From Candidatus Nanoarchaeia archaeon (GTDB lineage: Archaea > Nanobdellota > Nanobdellia > Woesearchaeales > JANQNC01): 32,000 nucleotides of DNA. The stretch's first letter is position 1; every line of letters begins with the position of its first letter. The notes under the pieces were generated by a model. The model had not been told where the DNA came from. It made no database searches and saw only the letters and a list, made by a program, of their open reading frames with translations. The position numbers were made by a program, and so were the translations under genes. The stretch spans positions 150,001 through 182,000 of the forward strand of contig JANQNC010000001.1 in assembly GCA_028279745.1 (NCBI GenBank), written 5' to 3'. Positions 15,698 through 24,105 of this stretch are shown here, piece by piece.

Positions 15698-15997
15698 ATG
15701 AAAAAACAAGAAAATCCACAATTAAAATCGATGAGAAGGACAATCCGTAAAGAATATAGTGATTTGTCACTTGGTCAGGCAGTTAATCTTAGAGAACATC
15801 TTGCAATCAAACCAGAAGAATTCTACAAACAAGGATCAGATCCAATAAGGGAGATTAAACTAAAAGTGTTAACAAGTATTGTAGATAGCTATGCAGATAC
15901 ATTCGTACATGCAATAAGATCGTTAGGCAATACATATTCCCCACAACCAAACGAGCTTGATGAGATCAGCACATCCATGGGTGCTAATAAGAGGTGA
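15698..15997 (+). CDS. Hypothetical small protein (ORFan operon gene 2)
   Basis: This is a 99-aa ORF with an AAGAGGTAA SD upstream. Confidence 0.5.
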   Translation: MKKQENPQLKSMRRTIRKEYSDLSLGQAVNLREHLAIKPEEFYKQGSDPIREIKLKVLTSIVDSYADTFVHAIRSLGNTYSPQPNELDEISTSMGANKR

Positions 15998-16001
15998 AAA
16001 A

Positions 16002-16397
16002 ATGGCAACGGAACAAAAAGAATTCGATTTTATCGTAATGTATAAAGATAAAAAAGAGATTGACTTGCCCCATCCAAAAGATATGGATTACGATTCTTTA
16101 GTTAAGATGGTTAAAGATGTGCGAGCACATCCAGAAAAATATCAAAGTGTAAAAACCCTATCATGGGTAGGTCCGACTGAAGAAGAAGAGTTCTCATTAT
16201 GGAACGCAGGAAATATTTTTACAGCAGAAGATAACGCGTATCTGGCTGAATTAGAAAACAGAGACTCTAAAAGAGTTAAAGCTAAGCCACTTAATGAGAA
16301 TGCAGCAGAGACTGTTAAAAAATCTTTAGAAACCAAATTTCAATACGATCAAACTTTAACAAAGCTAGGAAGTGAGAGCGGCAGGTGGGCAGAATGA
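16002..16397 (+). CDS. Hypothetical small protein (ORFan operon gene 3)
   Basis: ATG 16002 (MATEQKEF...) sits 4 nt after the upstream stop. An AAGAGGTGA SD is embedded in the end of the previous gene. The track start at 15957 would overlap the previous gene by 41 nt and lacks an SD. Confidence 0.5.
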   Translation: MATEQKEFDFIVMYKDKKEIDLPHPKDMDYDSLVKMVKDVRAHPEKYQSVKTLSWVGPTEEEEFSLWNAGNIFTAEDNAYLAELENRDSKRVKAKPLNENAAETVKKSLETKFQYDQTLTKLGSESGRWAE

Positions 16398-16654
16398 AAG
16401 GATTTGTGCCAAAATACATGAGCGTAGCAAAAGTACTGAGCGAGCTTTATGCAATCCCCCAATGTAAAGACGGAGGATATGTTCCAAAAGCAAAACAAGA
16501 AGTAGTTCTTCAACACGATCCAACATTAGATATGTTAACTCCTGCAGTTAGAAATATTTTAAATTCAAATGTTGGAGACAGCCAAACACTCTTAGACGTG
16601 GCAAACACTAATAAACGACCAAGAAAGGTTATAATTATTAAACCGAATGAGTAG
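16394..16654 (+). CDS. Hypothetical small protein (ORFan operon gene 4)
   Basis: ATG 16394 forms an ATGA overlap with the upstream stop, and an AGGTGG SD lies upstream. The track start is GTG 16385. Confidence 0.5.
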   Translation: MKGFVPKYMSVAKVLSELYAIPQCKDGGYVPKAKQEVVLQHDPTLDMLTPAVRNILNSNVGDSQTLLDVANTNKRPRKVIIIKPNE

Positions 16655-16663
16655 GTGAGAAAA

Positions 16664-17023
16664 ATGGAAAACTATACACAAAATTTCTTAAGATACACAA
16701 TAGGGAGAATTCCTGAAGCAGTAAAAGAATTAGTTCCTGAATTTCAGAGCGTTAAATTTACTGTAGGTTATGGAAGAAAAGACAAAAGAGTTTCTGGAAG
16801 CACAATAGGTGTTTTTTTGGTTTCAAAAGATCCAAGCCATCAAAAAAAGAAAATAGGCCAATATGAAGGTCCTGATTTTACTCATAACAACCACAAAGCA
16901 GTTGTAGATGCAGTAAAAGCGATGAGTAAAAACCCTGAACTACTATCTGCAATAGTAAGTGGAAACGTAAATATGGAAAAAAGCAGGAAGATGGTTCAAG
17001 ATTCAATCAAACAATATAATTGA
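16664..17023 (+). CDS. Hypothetical small protein (ORFan operon gene 5)
   Basis: ATG 16664 is preceded by a TAGGTGAG SD. The track start is GTG 16655. Confidence 0.5.
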   Translation: MENYTQNFLRYTIGRIPEAVKELVPEFQSVKFTVGYGRKDKRVSGSTIGVFLVSKDPSHQKKKIGQYEGPDFTHNNHKAVVDAVKAMSKNPELLSAIVSGNVNMEKSRKMVQDSIKQYN

Positions 17024-17042
17024 AAAAAACAAAGTAAACAAA

Positions 17043-18077
17043 ATGACACTAAGAAACATAATCCAAAAGACAGATGAATATCTTCAAGTGCCTTCTGTGG
17101 TTAGTTTTGAACACTACTTCATGAAGTATCTTATGAAAGAGTTCAGTGCTATTGGAATGGATGTTTCAAGAGAAAGAGGATTAGTTGTAGTATCAAAAAA
17201 CCCTAAGAATCCAAAAGTCATTACGGCACACATTGACAGACACGGACTTTTCATAAACAATGATAAGAAATTTGAATTTGCTGCTTTTGCATCAAAGAAA
17301 CATTATGGAGAAGAGATAAAAGCTTCAGAAGCACTATTCAAAAAATCAGCAATGAGATTTATAGACGAAAAAGTATACGCTTATGGTGAAAACGGAGAAA
17401 GATTTGAAGACGGAAAAGTCAAAGACTTTGAATATGACTTTGACAAGAAAAACTTATTTTTTACAATCAAAGGGATAGGTGAAACAGCACCTTCAGTTCC
17501 ACTATCATATGTATCAAGATTAAAAGAAACAGAAACTGAATTAAGTTCACAAATTGATAATGTAATCAGTGTTGCAGTTGCTTACCAGTTAGCAAAAGAT
17601 GGGTTTGATGGAAAAATCTTATTTGCAGCAGAAGAAGAGATTGGGAGGAGTTGGATGCATATAGCAAACTATCTACAAAAAGAGGGCGTAGCAACACAAG
17701 AATTGATAACATTAGACACAACACCTTATACAGATTCAAGAGCGATACATGAAGGTCTGATAGTCCTAAGAAATAAAGATCAAAACGCAGAATACAATCC
17801 TGAGTTAGTAGGCAAACTAAGAGCTGCTTGTGAAAGTAACGGAATGAGATACGAAATGAAAGATGAAGTTATCGAAGCATCAAACGCAAAACTACCTAAA
17901 GGAGAAAAACCTAAGAAGTTAGGAAGCACAGAGTTAGGAAGGATAGCTCAACATACTGAAGGCAGATATAATGGTGCAACAGTTCAACTACCTACAACAA
18001 ACTATCACACTAATCATGAAACTACATCAAAGAAAGCATTAGGTAATTTTTACCAAGCTTTACAAAAAATTCTTTAA
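17043..18077 (+). CDS. M42/M20-type metallo-aminopeptidase-like protein (FrvX/TET-like)
   Basis: The order and spacing of putative metal-ligand motifs fit this fold: ITAHIDRHG, QIDNVISVAVA, FAAEEEIGRS, LITLDTT, TTNYHTNHE. The call rests on motif pattern only. Confidence 0.55.
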   Translation: MTLRNIIQKTDEYLQVPSVVSFEHYFMKYLMKEFSAIGMDVSRERGLVVVSKNPKNPKVITAHIDRHGLFINNDKKFEFAAFASKKHYGEEIKASEALFKKSAMRFIDEKVYAYGENGERFEDGKVKDFEYDFDKKNLFFTIKGIGETAPSVPLSYVSRLKETETELSSQIDNVISVAVAYQLAKDGFDGKILFAAEEEIGRSWMHIANYLQKEGVATQELITLDTTPYTDSRAIHEGLIVLRNKDQNAEYNPELVGKLRAACESNGMRYEMKDEVIEASNAKLPKGEKPKKLGSTELGRIAQHTEGRYNGATVQLPTTNYHTNHETTSKKALGNFYQALQKIL

Positions 18078-18604
18078 TTCAAACTATAACTAGACGTTAC
18101 TAAACATCTAGGGCAGATTCCTTCACCAACCATCGGAATGCCGCATTGAGAACATCTACCAAGTTTAGCACCATCCAATTCTTCTTCATCAGACTCTTTA
18201 CCGTATGCACCCTCTAAGAAAGACGTGAATAAATTCTTATCAAAAGAATCATTCTTCTGAAGGTATGAAGAAACAAGTTTCTCAACACCTTTCAGAATAG
18301 ATTCACCATCACCTCCTTTTGGGGTCTGGTAGTTTATGATAAGAGTTTCATTACCTTTAGCATCTTTTTGGTAAAAGATTGCAACTTTATTTCCATTGTT
18401 TTCGTAAAGAGGTTTGGAGTTTGATAGCAAACCATTTTCTAATCTGTTTTTAGAAGGGTTGCCATACTTATTAAGTTTAACAGAAGGCATGTACTTATTT
18501 GAAGCTCTGCTTTTAATTGACGGAGATCCTCCTCCTTTGTAGTTTGCACTACCTTTGTATCCTGTGCTTGCTTTTGTTCCGCTGTATCCTTTTCCTTTTG
18601 CCAT
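18074..18604 (-). CDS. Hypothetical protein with G/K/S-rich basic N-terminus and C-terminal zinc ribbon
   Basis: The N-terminus is MAKGKGYSGTKASTGYKGSANYKGGG. The C-terminus carries CSQCGIPMVGEGICPRC (CxxC...CxxC). Confidence 0.5.
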   Translation of the reverse strand: MAKGKGYSGTKASTGYKGSANYKGGGSPSIKSRASNKYMPSVKLNKYGNPSKNRLENGLLSNSKPLYENNGNKVAIFYQKDAKGNETLIINYQTPKGGDGESILKGVEKLVSSYLQKNDSFDKNLFTSFLEGAYGKESDEEELDGAKLGRCSQCGIPMVGEGICPRCLVTSSYSLN

Positions 18605-18702
18605 AGTGTCACCTTATTATCTTGTAATAACTAGTATATTTCCCACATTTAAAAGGATTCTAGGGCGAAAGAATAATAAAGTGGGACAATAAGCTCAATC
18701 AG

Positions 18703-19176
18703 ATGATAGAACAGATAACATACCTTGTAAAAAGAGGATATTCCCTAAAAGGACAAGGAGTTATGACAATAAAACCAATCCAAAAAGGAGAGATAGTTTC
18801 AGCTCTTAACTTTGATTCAATCAGAAGCGAAGGAACAGAAACAGAGATGTCAGTACAAGGAGGAATTAAAGATTTCATAGATAATTCTAATGACACAATT
18901 GATAACTATTTTAACCATTCATGCAATCCAAATATGAGATTAAGGTTATCACATCATTATGACTTTCAAGCAATTAGAGAGATAAAAGTTGGTGAAGAAC
19001 TTACTTGGAATTATCTAACAACAGAATATGACCTGACAAAAACTAAAGAAGACTTCTTTTGCAGATGTGGAAGTCGAAACTGTTACGGACAGATAAAGGG
19101 ATTCAAGTATTTGACAAAGGATCAGAAGCTTGAGTTGTGGAATCACCTATCTGCTTTCTTGAAAACAAAGATATAA
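18703..19176 (+). CDS. SET-domain protein lysine methyltransferase
   Basis: It carries the SET signatures NHSCNPN (18913-18933) and ELTWNY, plus the post-SET-like Cys cluster CRCGSRNCYG. Confidence 0.85.
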   Translation: MIEQITYLVKRGYSLKGQGVMTIKPIQKGEIVSALNFDSIRSEGTETEMSVQGGIKDFIDNSNDTIDNYFNHSCNPNMRLRLSHHYDFQAIREIKVGEELTWNYLTTEYDLTKTKEDFFCRCGSRNCYGQIKGFKYLTKDQKLELWNHLSAFLKTKI

Positions 19177-19417
19177 AAAAAAGTGAAATTTTATAAATAA
19201 GCCCTTGATTTCTCGTTTATGGACGATAAAGTAGACTAGAGCTAGCAGGGAAGGGGTTTAGATTCTTAAGAGCGACACTTCCAGAAACATTTAGAAGACC
19301 GTTAAGATATGTAAGAGATATATTGATGTCCAACCCAACACTATTACCTTACAAAAACGAATTCTTAGAACAGATAAAAAATATTGATTATTATAAGCAA
19401 GTTGTTAAAGAATAGTC

Positions 19418-21382
19418 TTATTCTAAAGGAACTCCACTCCAGAACTGCCAGTCTTCTGAAGGTCTATACTCTCCAACAACATACATCGGAGGATCGTTTC
19501 TACCAAAGTAAGAATGTTGAATATCAGTCCATTGACCGCCTCTGCTTCCGCCACCATACATTCCTGCACCAAACGCTTCCCAAGCACCAGTCATCATAAC
19601 CGGCAAGTTACCATGAGCTTCAGAGATCATATTGTCATCATAACCATTTTTCTTTAACCAGTTAACAGCATCAACAACAGGGAATGCACCTTGCCCAGCA
19701 ACAACATGTGTATGTCCTTTACCAAAACCATCAACAATATGGATATTTCCTATTATGCCTTTTTTATGCATCTTCTGAACTTCTTCCATATACCATTTAT
19801 CAAACCTTTTGTCAAATGCTTGTTCACTCTCACCTTCTTTTCTAGTAAAATGTCTTTTCCACATACCTAAGTGTTGAGTGTCTAAAGTTGCTTTAATGTG
19901 ATTTTTTGCCAAACTTTTTGCTTTCTGCTCAGACATGCCGCCCTGAACTAGATCTTGAGTCATGTGCTTTCTAGCACCTTCAACCAACTCAATCATCTCT
20001 TCAGGATGACTTCCATAACCCATCTGAGGGAAAATGTTTTCAGGAGCAACAAACAAATTTTTCTTAAGTTTTTTAGCTTCAGTCTTTTCTTTAGCATACT
20101 TCCCTAATTCACTTAAAGACTGCATACTCTTCTCTTTTGCGAACTGATCCATAGGAACAACATACTCTCTAGATCTCTTAAGCTCATCAGCCTGCATCTG
20201 TTGAGCTAAAGCAGCTTCCCTTTTGTATTCCAGATCGTGTTCAACGTGTCTTATCTGATCTGCAACAATCTCTGATTGGAACTTAAGTTCTGTGCCGCCA
20301 ACACCCATCCTTGTCAAAGGAACCTCTTTCTTAAGCCCTGCTTTTTCGCTTTCAGGAGTGTTTTTTTCAATCTCTTCCCAGTATGCTTTCTGTTTTTTTA
20401 GTCTTTCAAGTGCTTTAATGTCTTTATCATAATCTTGCCCATAGTTTATAGCCCAACCTCTTGCTGTTTTTTCTTGAGCTTCAACCTGCGCAGTATAGAA
20501 TGCTTCTTGAGGTGTTATTGTTTTTCCATTTTTGCTGCCGACTTCTTCATTATACCTTTTTGCGTACTGCTCAAATTCTTCCCATTTAGCTCGCGTAGTC
20601 TCGAATCTTCCTGTTTTTTCATCATAAACTGGAACTCTATTGATAATATCTGTCTTATTTCCATAATAGTCAACATAGTCTCCATTTTTGACCATCTTAC
20701 CGTGCTCATCTTCATAAGCTTCACCTTCATTAGTCCTCCAAACAGGTTGGATAGCTTCTTCGTCTTTCTTAACAGAATGAACCACTTTTCCAGTTCTTTT
20801 ATCAACAAGATAGTAGATAGCTTCCTGCTTCTCACCAGGATATGCTTCAAAGCCTTGTTTACCCCAATCTTCTGATATAGATCTTGGAAACTCTCCAGTG
20901 TGAACAACTATGGAACCTCCCTGAGTAACATCACCAGCAAAATCAATATGCTTCTTAACTTCATTCAACTGTTGATCTCTTTGGTTTTCAGTAAACGTAC
21001 CTTCATTAAACCCAGAAATGTTTCCAATCTGAATAGGTGTGTGAACTGATTGAAGTTCGACATTATTCAGTTTAGCTAATTCTCTAATTTCTCTTCTTTG
21101 TTCTTTAGAATAATTTTCTACACCCGCACCAAAACTTTCACCTTCCATTCCTGGTTGCAATTCTAATCTTCCAGCCCCTTCTCTTATCGCTCTTCCGATA
21201 GACTGAACAAAAGTTCCTTGATCTCTACCATCAACAATTGTTTTACCCAAATCATTGATGCCAAAAAGGGAAGCCTCTTCAGAAGTTGCAATAGGACCAT
21301 CATTTACAGGTCTAGAATAAGTGTTAGCACTACTTTCATAGTTTCTATCAAACGATGTTGCGTAGGGCGAATAAAATTGCAT
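19418..21382 (-). CDS. Metal-dependent TIM-barrel protein (xylose isomerase-like / endonuclease IV-like fold) with large internal insertion
   Basis: Its ordered motifs resemble the AP_endonuc_2/Xyl-isomerase-like barrel: SVHTP, IVVHTGE (res. ~158-164), VAPENIF (~445-451), LDTQHLG, NIHIVDGFGKGHTHVVAGQGAFP, ISEAHG. About 280 residues of charged or coiled sequence lie between the HTGE and ENIF strands. Confidence 0.55.
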   Translation of the reverse strand: MQFYSPYATSFDRNYESSANTYSRPVNDGPIATSEEASLFGINDLGKTIVDGRDQGTFVQSIGRAIREGAGRLELQPGMEGESFGAGVENYSKEQRREIRELAKLNNVELQSVHTPIQIGNISGFNEGTFTENQRDQQLNEVKKHIDFAGDVTQGGSIVVHTGEFPRSISEDWGKQGFEAYPGEKQEAIYYLVDKRTGKVVHSVKKDEEAIQPVWRTNEGEAYEDEHGKMVKNGDYVDYYGNKTDIINRVPVYDEKTGRFETTRAKWEEFEQYAKRYNEEVGSKNGKTITPQEAFYTAQVEAQEKTARGWAINYGQDYDKDIKALERLKKQKAYWEEIEKNTPESEKAGLKKEVPLTRMGVGGTELKFQSEIVADQIRHVEHDLEYKREAALAQQMQADELKRSREYVVPMDQFAKEKSMQSLSELGKYAKEKTEAKKLKKNLFVAPENIFPQMGYGSHPEEMIELVEGARKHMTQDLVQGGMSEQKAKSLAKNHIKATLDTQHLGMWKRHFTRKEGESEQAFDKRFDKWYMEEVQKMHKKGIIGNIHIVDGFGKGHTHVVAGQGAFPVVDAVNWLKKNGYDDNMISEAHGNLPVMMTGAWEAFGAGMYGGGSRGGQWTDIQHSYFGRNDPPMYVVGEYRPSEDWQFWSGVPLE

Positions 21383-21385
21383 TTT

Positions 21386-22003
21386 CTAACTGTACTTTGG
21401 TGTCGTACTGCCTCCTTGCTTATATTTGTCAATCTGCTTTAATAAATATTTCGATGCGACTATGTTATCCAGTACATCTTCAGCATTTTCAAGCTGGTTA
21501 AGGTTCACTTTCTCAATGCTTTCTCTCATAGCACCCAATAACTTATTTTCTTCGTAGGATAACTGAGTGTTTGATGAAAGCTTGTTTCTAAAATCTCTTA
21601 ATTGATCATAAGTGTTATTAGAGCCAACTTTGTAAACATCTGGTTGTGATTTTGAAAAATCTTCTAAGTTTACCTTATACTGTACAGCTTTTTGTTCTTC
21701 TTCACTTACTTCTGTTTTTTCTGCAATTTCTTCAAGCTGTTCATCTTCCTCATCATCTTCTTGCGTTTCTTTAGCTCTAGAGATAAATTTCTCTTCAGCA
21801 ATAACATCTTTTTCTGTCTTAGTAAGTTCAGATTCTAACTCTTCAATCTGTTTCTCAAGCGCTTCCTGCTCTTTCTTCTTCTCTTCTTCCTTTTTTTTCA
21901 GCTCTTCAAACTCTTTTTCTGCTTCTTCTTTCTTTTCATCGCTATGCTCCTTCAGAGCTCTAAGCAATCTTAATTTTTCAGCTGTTGAAACGTCATTGGT
22001 CAT
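21386..22003 (-). CDS. Acidic coiled-coil protein, unknown function
   Basis: It has E/K/D-rich heptad-like sequence (EKEFEELKKKEEEKKKEQEALEKQIEELESEL; DDEEDEQLEE). Its stop lies 3 nt before the ATG of the TIM-barrel gene. Confidence 0.5.
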   Translation of the reverse strand: MTNDVSTAEKLRLLRALKEHSDEKKEEAEKEFEELKKKEEEKKKEQEALEKQIEELESELTKTEKDVIAEEKFISRAKETQEDDEEDEQLEEIAEKTEVSEEEQKAVQYKVNLEDFSKSQPDVYKVGSNNTYDQLRDFRNKLSSNTQLSYEENKLLGAMRESIEKVNLNQLENAEDVLDNIVASKYLLKQIDKYKQGGSTTPKYS

Positions 22004-22088
22004 TGTGACAAAAATATACCCTCAATAATATAATAGACACTATGCTTTTTAAATGTTTTTATGATTAAATAGAGAATAGTGGGACTTT

Positions 22089-23525
22089 TTACCAAGTAAC
22101 CATGCCGTGAGCTTTCTTGAAAACGTTGTAAGTTGTCCACATCATACCTTTTAATGAAGCTGCAGCTTTTTTCTTATCTTTGCTTTCTTTCCAAACATCG
22201 CCTTTCTTATTCTTAGGAACACCGAATTTAGATATACCCGTCATAGAATCAAATAAGTCACCCAAACCTTTGAAAGGAAGATAGAAAATTTCAAAAGTAC
22301 CTTTAAGATCTGACTTTTTCTTATCCTTAGGCTTTCCAAATAAGGATCTTATCGCTTTACTCATTATAGAAAATTCAGGTTCTTCCTCTTTTTCTTTCTT
22401 GGGCTTGTAAGGTTCTTCCCCTTCACTGACAAGATATTGCTTTAAGTCATCTCCCAAAGAGTCTAAAGTTTCTTTTATCGATTCGTTGATAGCACCTAAA
22501 AGTTCAAAATCTTCTTCTTGTTTGCTTCTTTTGAATTCTTCAAGCTCTTTATCAGATAACACATACCCTCTAAACTCTATCTCAGTCCTGCCAACATGAA
22601 TAGGTCCTTTTTGGTAAGTGTCTCTATCTTGAAAATCCATCCTGGGAGCAGTCCTATAATTAAAATGAAGATCAAGAACAGGAGTGTAACCTCCAACCTT
22701 GTCACCAACTTTGTTAAATTTAACCAGAATCTCAATCTCTAACATCGCTTGCTCCATACCTGCAATAAGCTCAGCAGTATCTGTCTTACCTTCTTTCATA
22801 GTCAATCTTTTAACATGTTTAAGGTAAGGTTTTACCCACTGCAGATAAAGCATAATAGTATGATAATAACTTTTCAGATATTTAATCCTAAATTGTCTTG
22901 TGTGAGACATCTCTTTGAAAGTTGCTTCTTTCCAAGAGTAGAACTGGGTAAGTTTTCTTTCAAGAACTTCTTTAACTTTCTCGTTAAATTCTAAAGCTTG
23001 AACTGCTTTACGGATTGAAGCACCCTTATGAACATCAACCTTAGTTCTGAAGAACAAATCTGGCAGAAGCGAGAAACCTACTTGTTGTGCCAACCCATAA
23101 ACTGATGAAGGGTTTTTACCTGCACCTTCAACAAGATCAACATATATCCCTTTTAGTGAGATTTCCGCAGATTCAGCATCAGGATCATTACTCATAGAAG
23201 TTTCATAATATGTAAGTCTTTCATTAAGAATTCTGACTTCTCTAACAATCTGGAAAAGCTGTTTAGCCATTTCAGAAATACCCCTTAGATATTGAGCAGC
23301 TTTATCTTGTTGTGCCCCTAACCTCATCTGTTGAGCACCAAAAAAAGAAGAACTTTCAGATGCAGAAAATACGTCTGTTATCTTTTCAACAGTGTTTGTG
23401 CCTCTCAAATCATCTTTAAACCATCCGACAAACCAGAAATACAACTCTTCAACTGATTGATTATATGCTTGATAGACTATCTTGTAGTTTTTGACAGGTT
23501 TAAACTCTTTCTTCTTCTCAGCCAT
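22089..23525 (-). CDS. Hypothetical 478-aa protein, no recognisable family
   Basis: This is a long uninterrupted ORF with non-repetitive, balanced composition. A TATA-like box (TTATTTAAATAG on the coding strand) lies about 30 nt upstream of the ATG. The C-terminal K-rich tail ends in the aromatic MMWTTYNVFKKAHGMVTW. Confidence 0.55.
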   Translation of the reverse strand: MAEKKKEFKPVKNYKIVYQAYNQSVEELYFWFVGWFKDDLRGTNTVEKITDVFSASESSSFFGAQQMRLGAQQDKAAQYLRGISEMAKQLFQIVREVRILNERLTYYETSMSNDPDAESAEISLKGIYVDLVEGAGKNPSSVYGLAQQVGFSLLPDLFFRTKVDVHKGASIRKAVQALEFNEKVKEVLERKLTQFYSWKEATFKEMSHTRQFRIKYLKSYYHTIMLYLQWVKPYLKHVKRLTMKEGKTDTAELIAGMEQAMLEIEILVKFNKVGDKVGGYTPVLDLHFNYRTAPRMDFQDRDTYQKGPIHVGRTEIEFRGYVLSDKELEEFKRSKQEEDFELLGAINESIKETLDSLGDDLKQYLVSEGEEPYKPKKEKEEEPEFSIMSKAIRSLFGKPKDKKKSDLKGTFEIFYLPFKGLGDLFDSMTGISKFGVPKNKKGDVWKESKDKKKAAASLKGMMWTTYNVFKKAHGMVTW

Positions 23526-23571
23526 CTTATAGTTAAAAAATGAGTTTATCTATTTAAATAAGTATCGGTGA

Positions 23572-23835
23572 TTATTTGACCTTTTTCTCTCTGTAGACAG
23601 TTAAAGTAAAGCCAATATTGTCAACAAGGGTAGAATTTGTTTTTTTTACTATTTTCTCAATTATCTCCTTCATGTTCTGATTTGAGCTTTTTAGAGCTTT
23701 GATCTTTACGAGTTTGTTCTTGTCTAGCTGGTTATTAATCTGCATGATAAGATTATCAGTTATTCCATTCTTCCCAATCTGAATCTTAGTTTCAAGAAGT
23801 TTCGATTGTTTCTTCAGTTCTGTTAAGTTTTTCAT
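23572..23835 (-). CDS. yhbY: YhbY/CRM-domain RNA-binding protein
   Basis: It matches the CRM pattern: KIQIGKNGITDNLIMQINNQLDKNKLVKIKAL ... VDNIGFTLTVYR. Its size (87 aa) is typical. Confidence 0.75.
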   Translation of the reverse strand: MKNLTELKKQSKLLETKIQIGKNGITDNLIMQINNQLDKNKLVKIKALKSSNQNMKEIIEKIVKKTNSTLVDNIGFTLTVYREKKVK

Positions 23836-23989
23836 CTTCTAGGTCTTTATTAAAATCTTCGAATAAAGTATCAGTGTCTTGGACTGCTTTAGCAGTTATT
23901 GTGTTAATGCTATCCTTAACTGAAAGGAATGCAAAAAAGAATAAGAAGCACATCAGCACAATCATAATACCCATCGTTATTGATTTCAT
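23792..23989 (-). CDS. Small membrane protein, unknown function
   Basis: This is a 65-aa ORF with an N-terminal TM (ITMGIMIVLMCFLFFFAFLSV). A TTTTATAA box lies about 22 nt upstream of the ATG, a leaderless-type arrangement. It overlaps the yhbY start by 44 nt. Confidence 0.4.
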   Translation of the reverse strand: MKSITMGIMIVLMCFLFFFAFLSVKDSINTITAKAVQDTDTLFEDFNKDLEDEKLNRTEETIETS

Positions 23990-24105
23990 GTTATGTGTTT
24001 GTTTGTTTGGTTATAAAAAGTTTTCTGAATAAGTTAGTAATAATTACGATTTTTAGTTCTAAGAAAATTTAAACCTGTAAAACAATAATAAAAGAAGGAA
24101 AAAAA

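Noticed and set aside
18680-18687. The 8-mer AGTGGGAC shared with 22078-22085
   Set aside because: One chance recurrence of an 8-mer is expected in 32 kb read on both strands. The two copies sit in unrelated contexts, one upstream of the SET start and one downstream of a minus-strand stop.
19384-19599. 71-aa plus-strand ORF
   Set aside because: It mostly overlaps the 3' end of the 654-aa minus-strand gene. It has no SD and its translation does not look protein-like.
20435-20907. 146-aa plus-strand ORF and 130-aa alternative-frame minus ORF inside the TIM-barrel gene
   Set aside because: Both overlap the 654-aa ORF, which is continuous and motif-bearing. Their translations are low-complexity F/S/I-rich or K-rich shadows.
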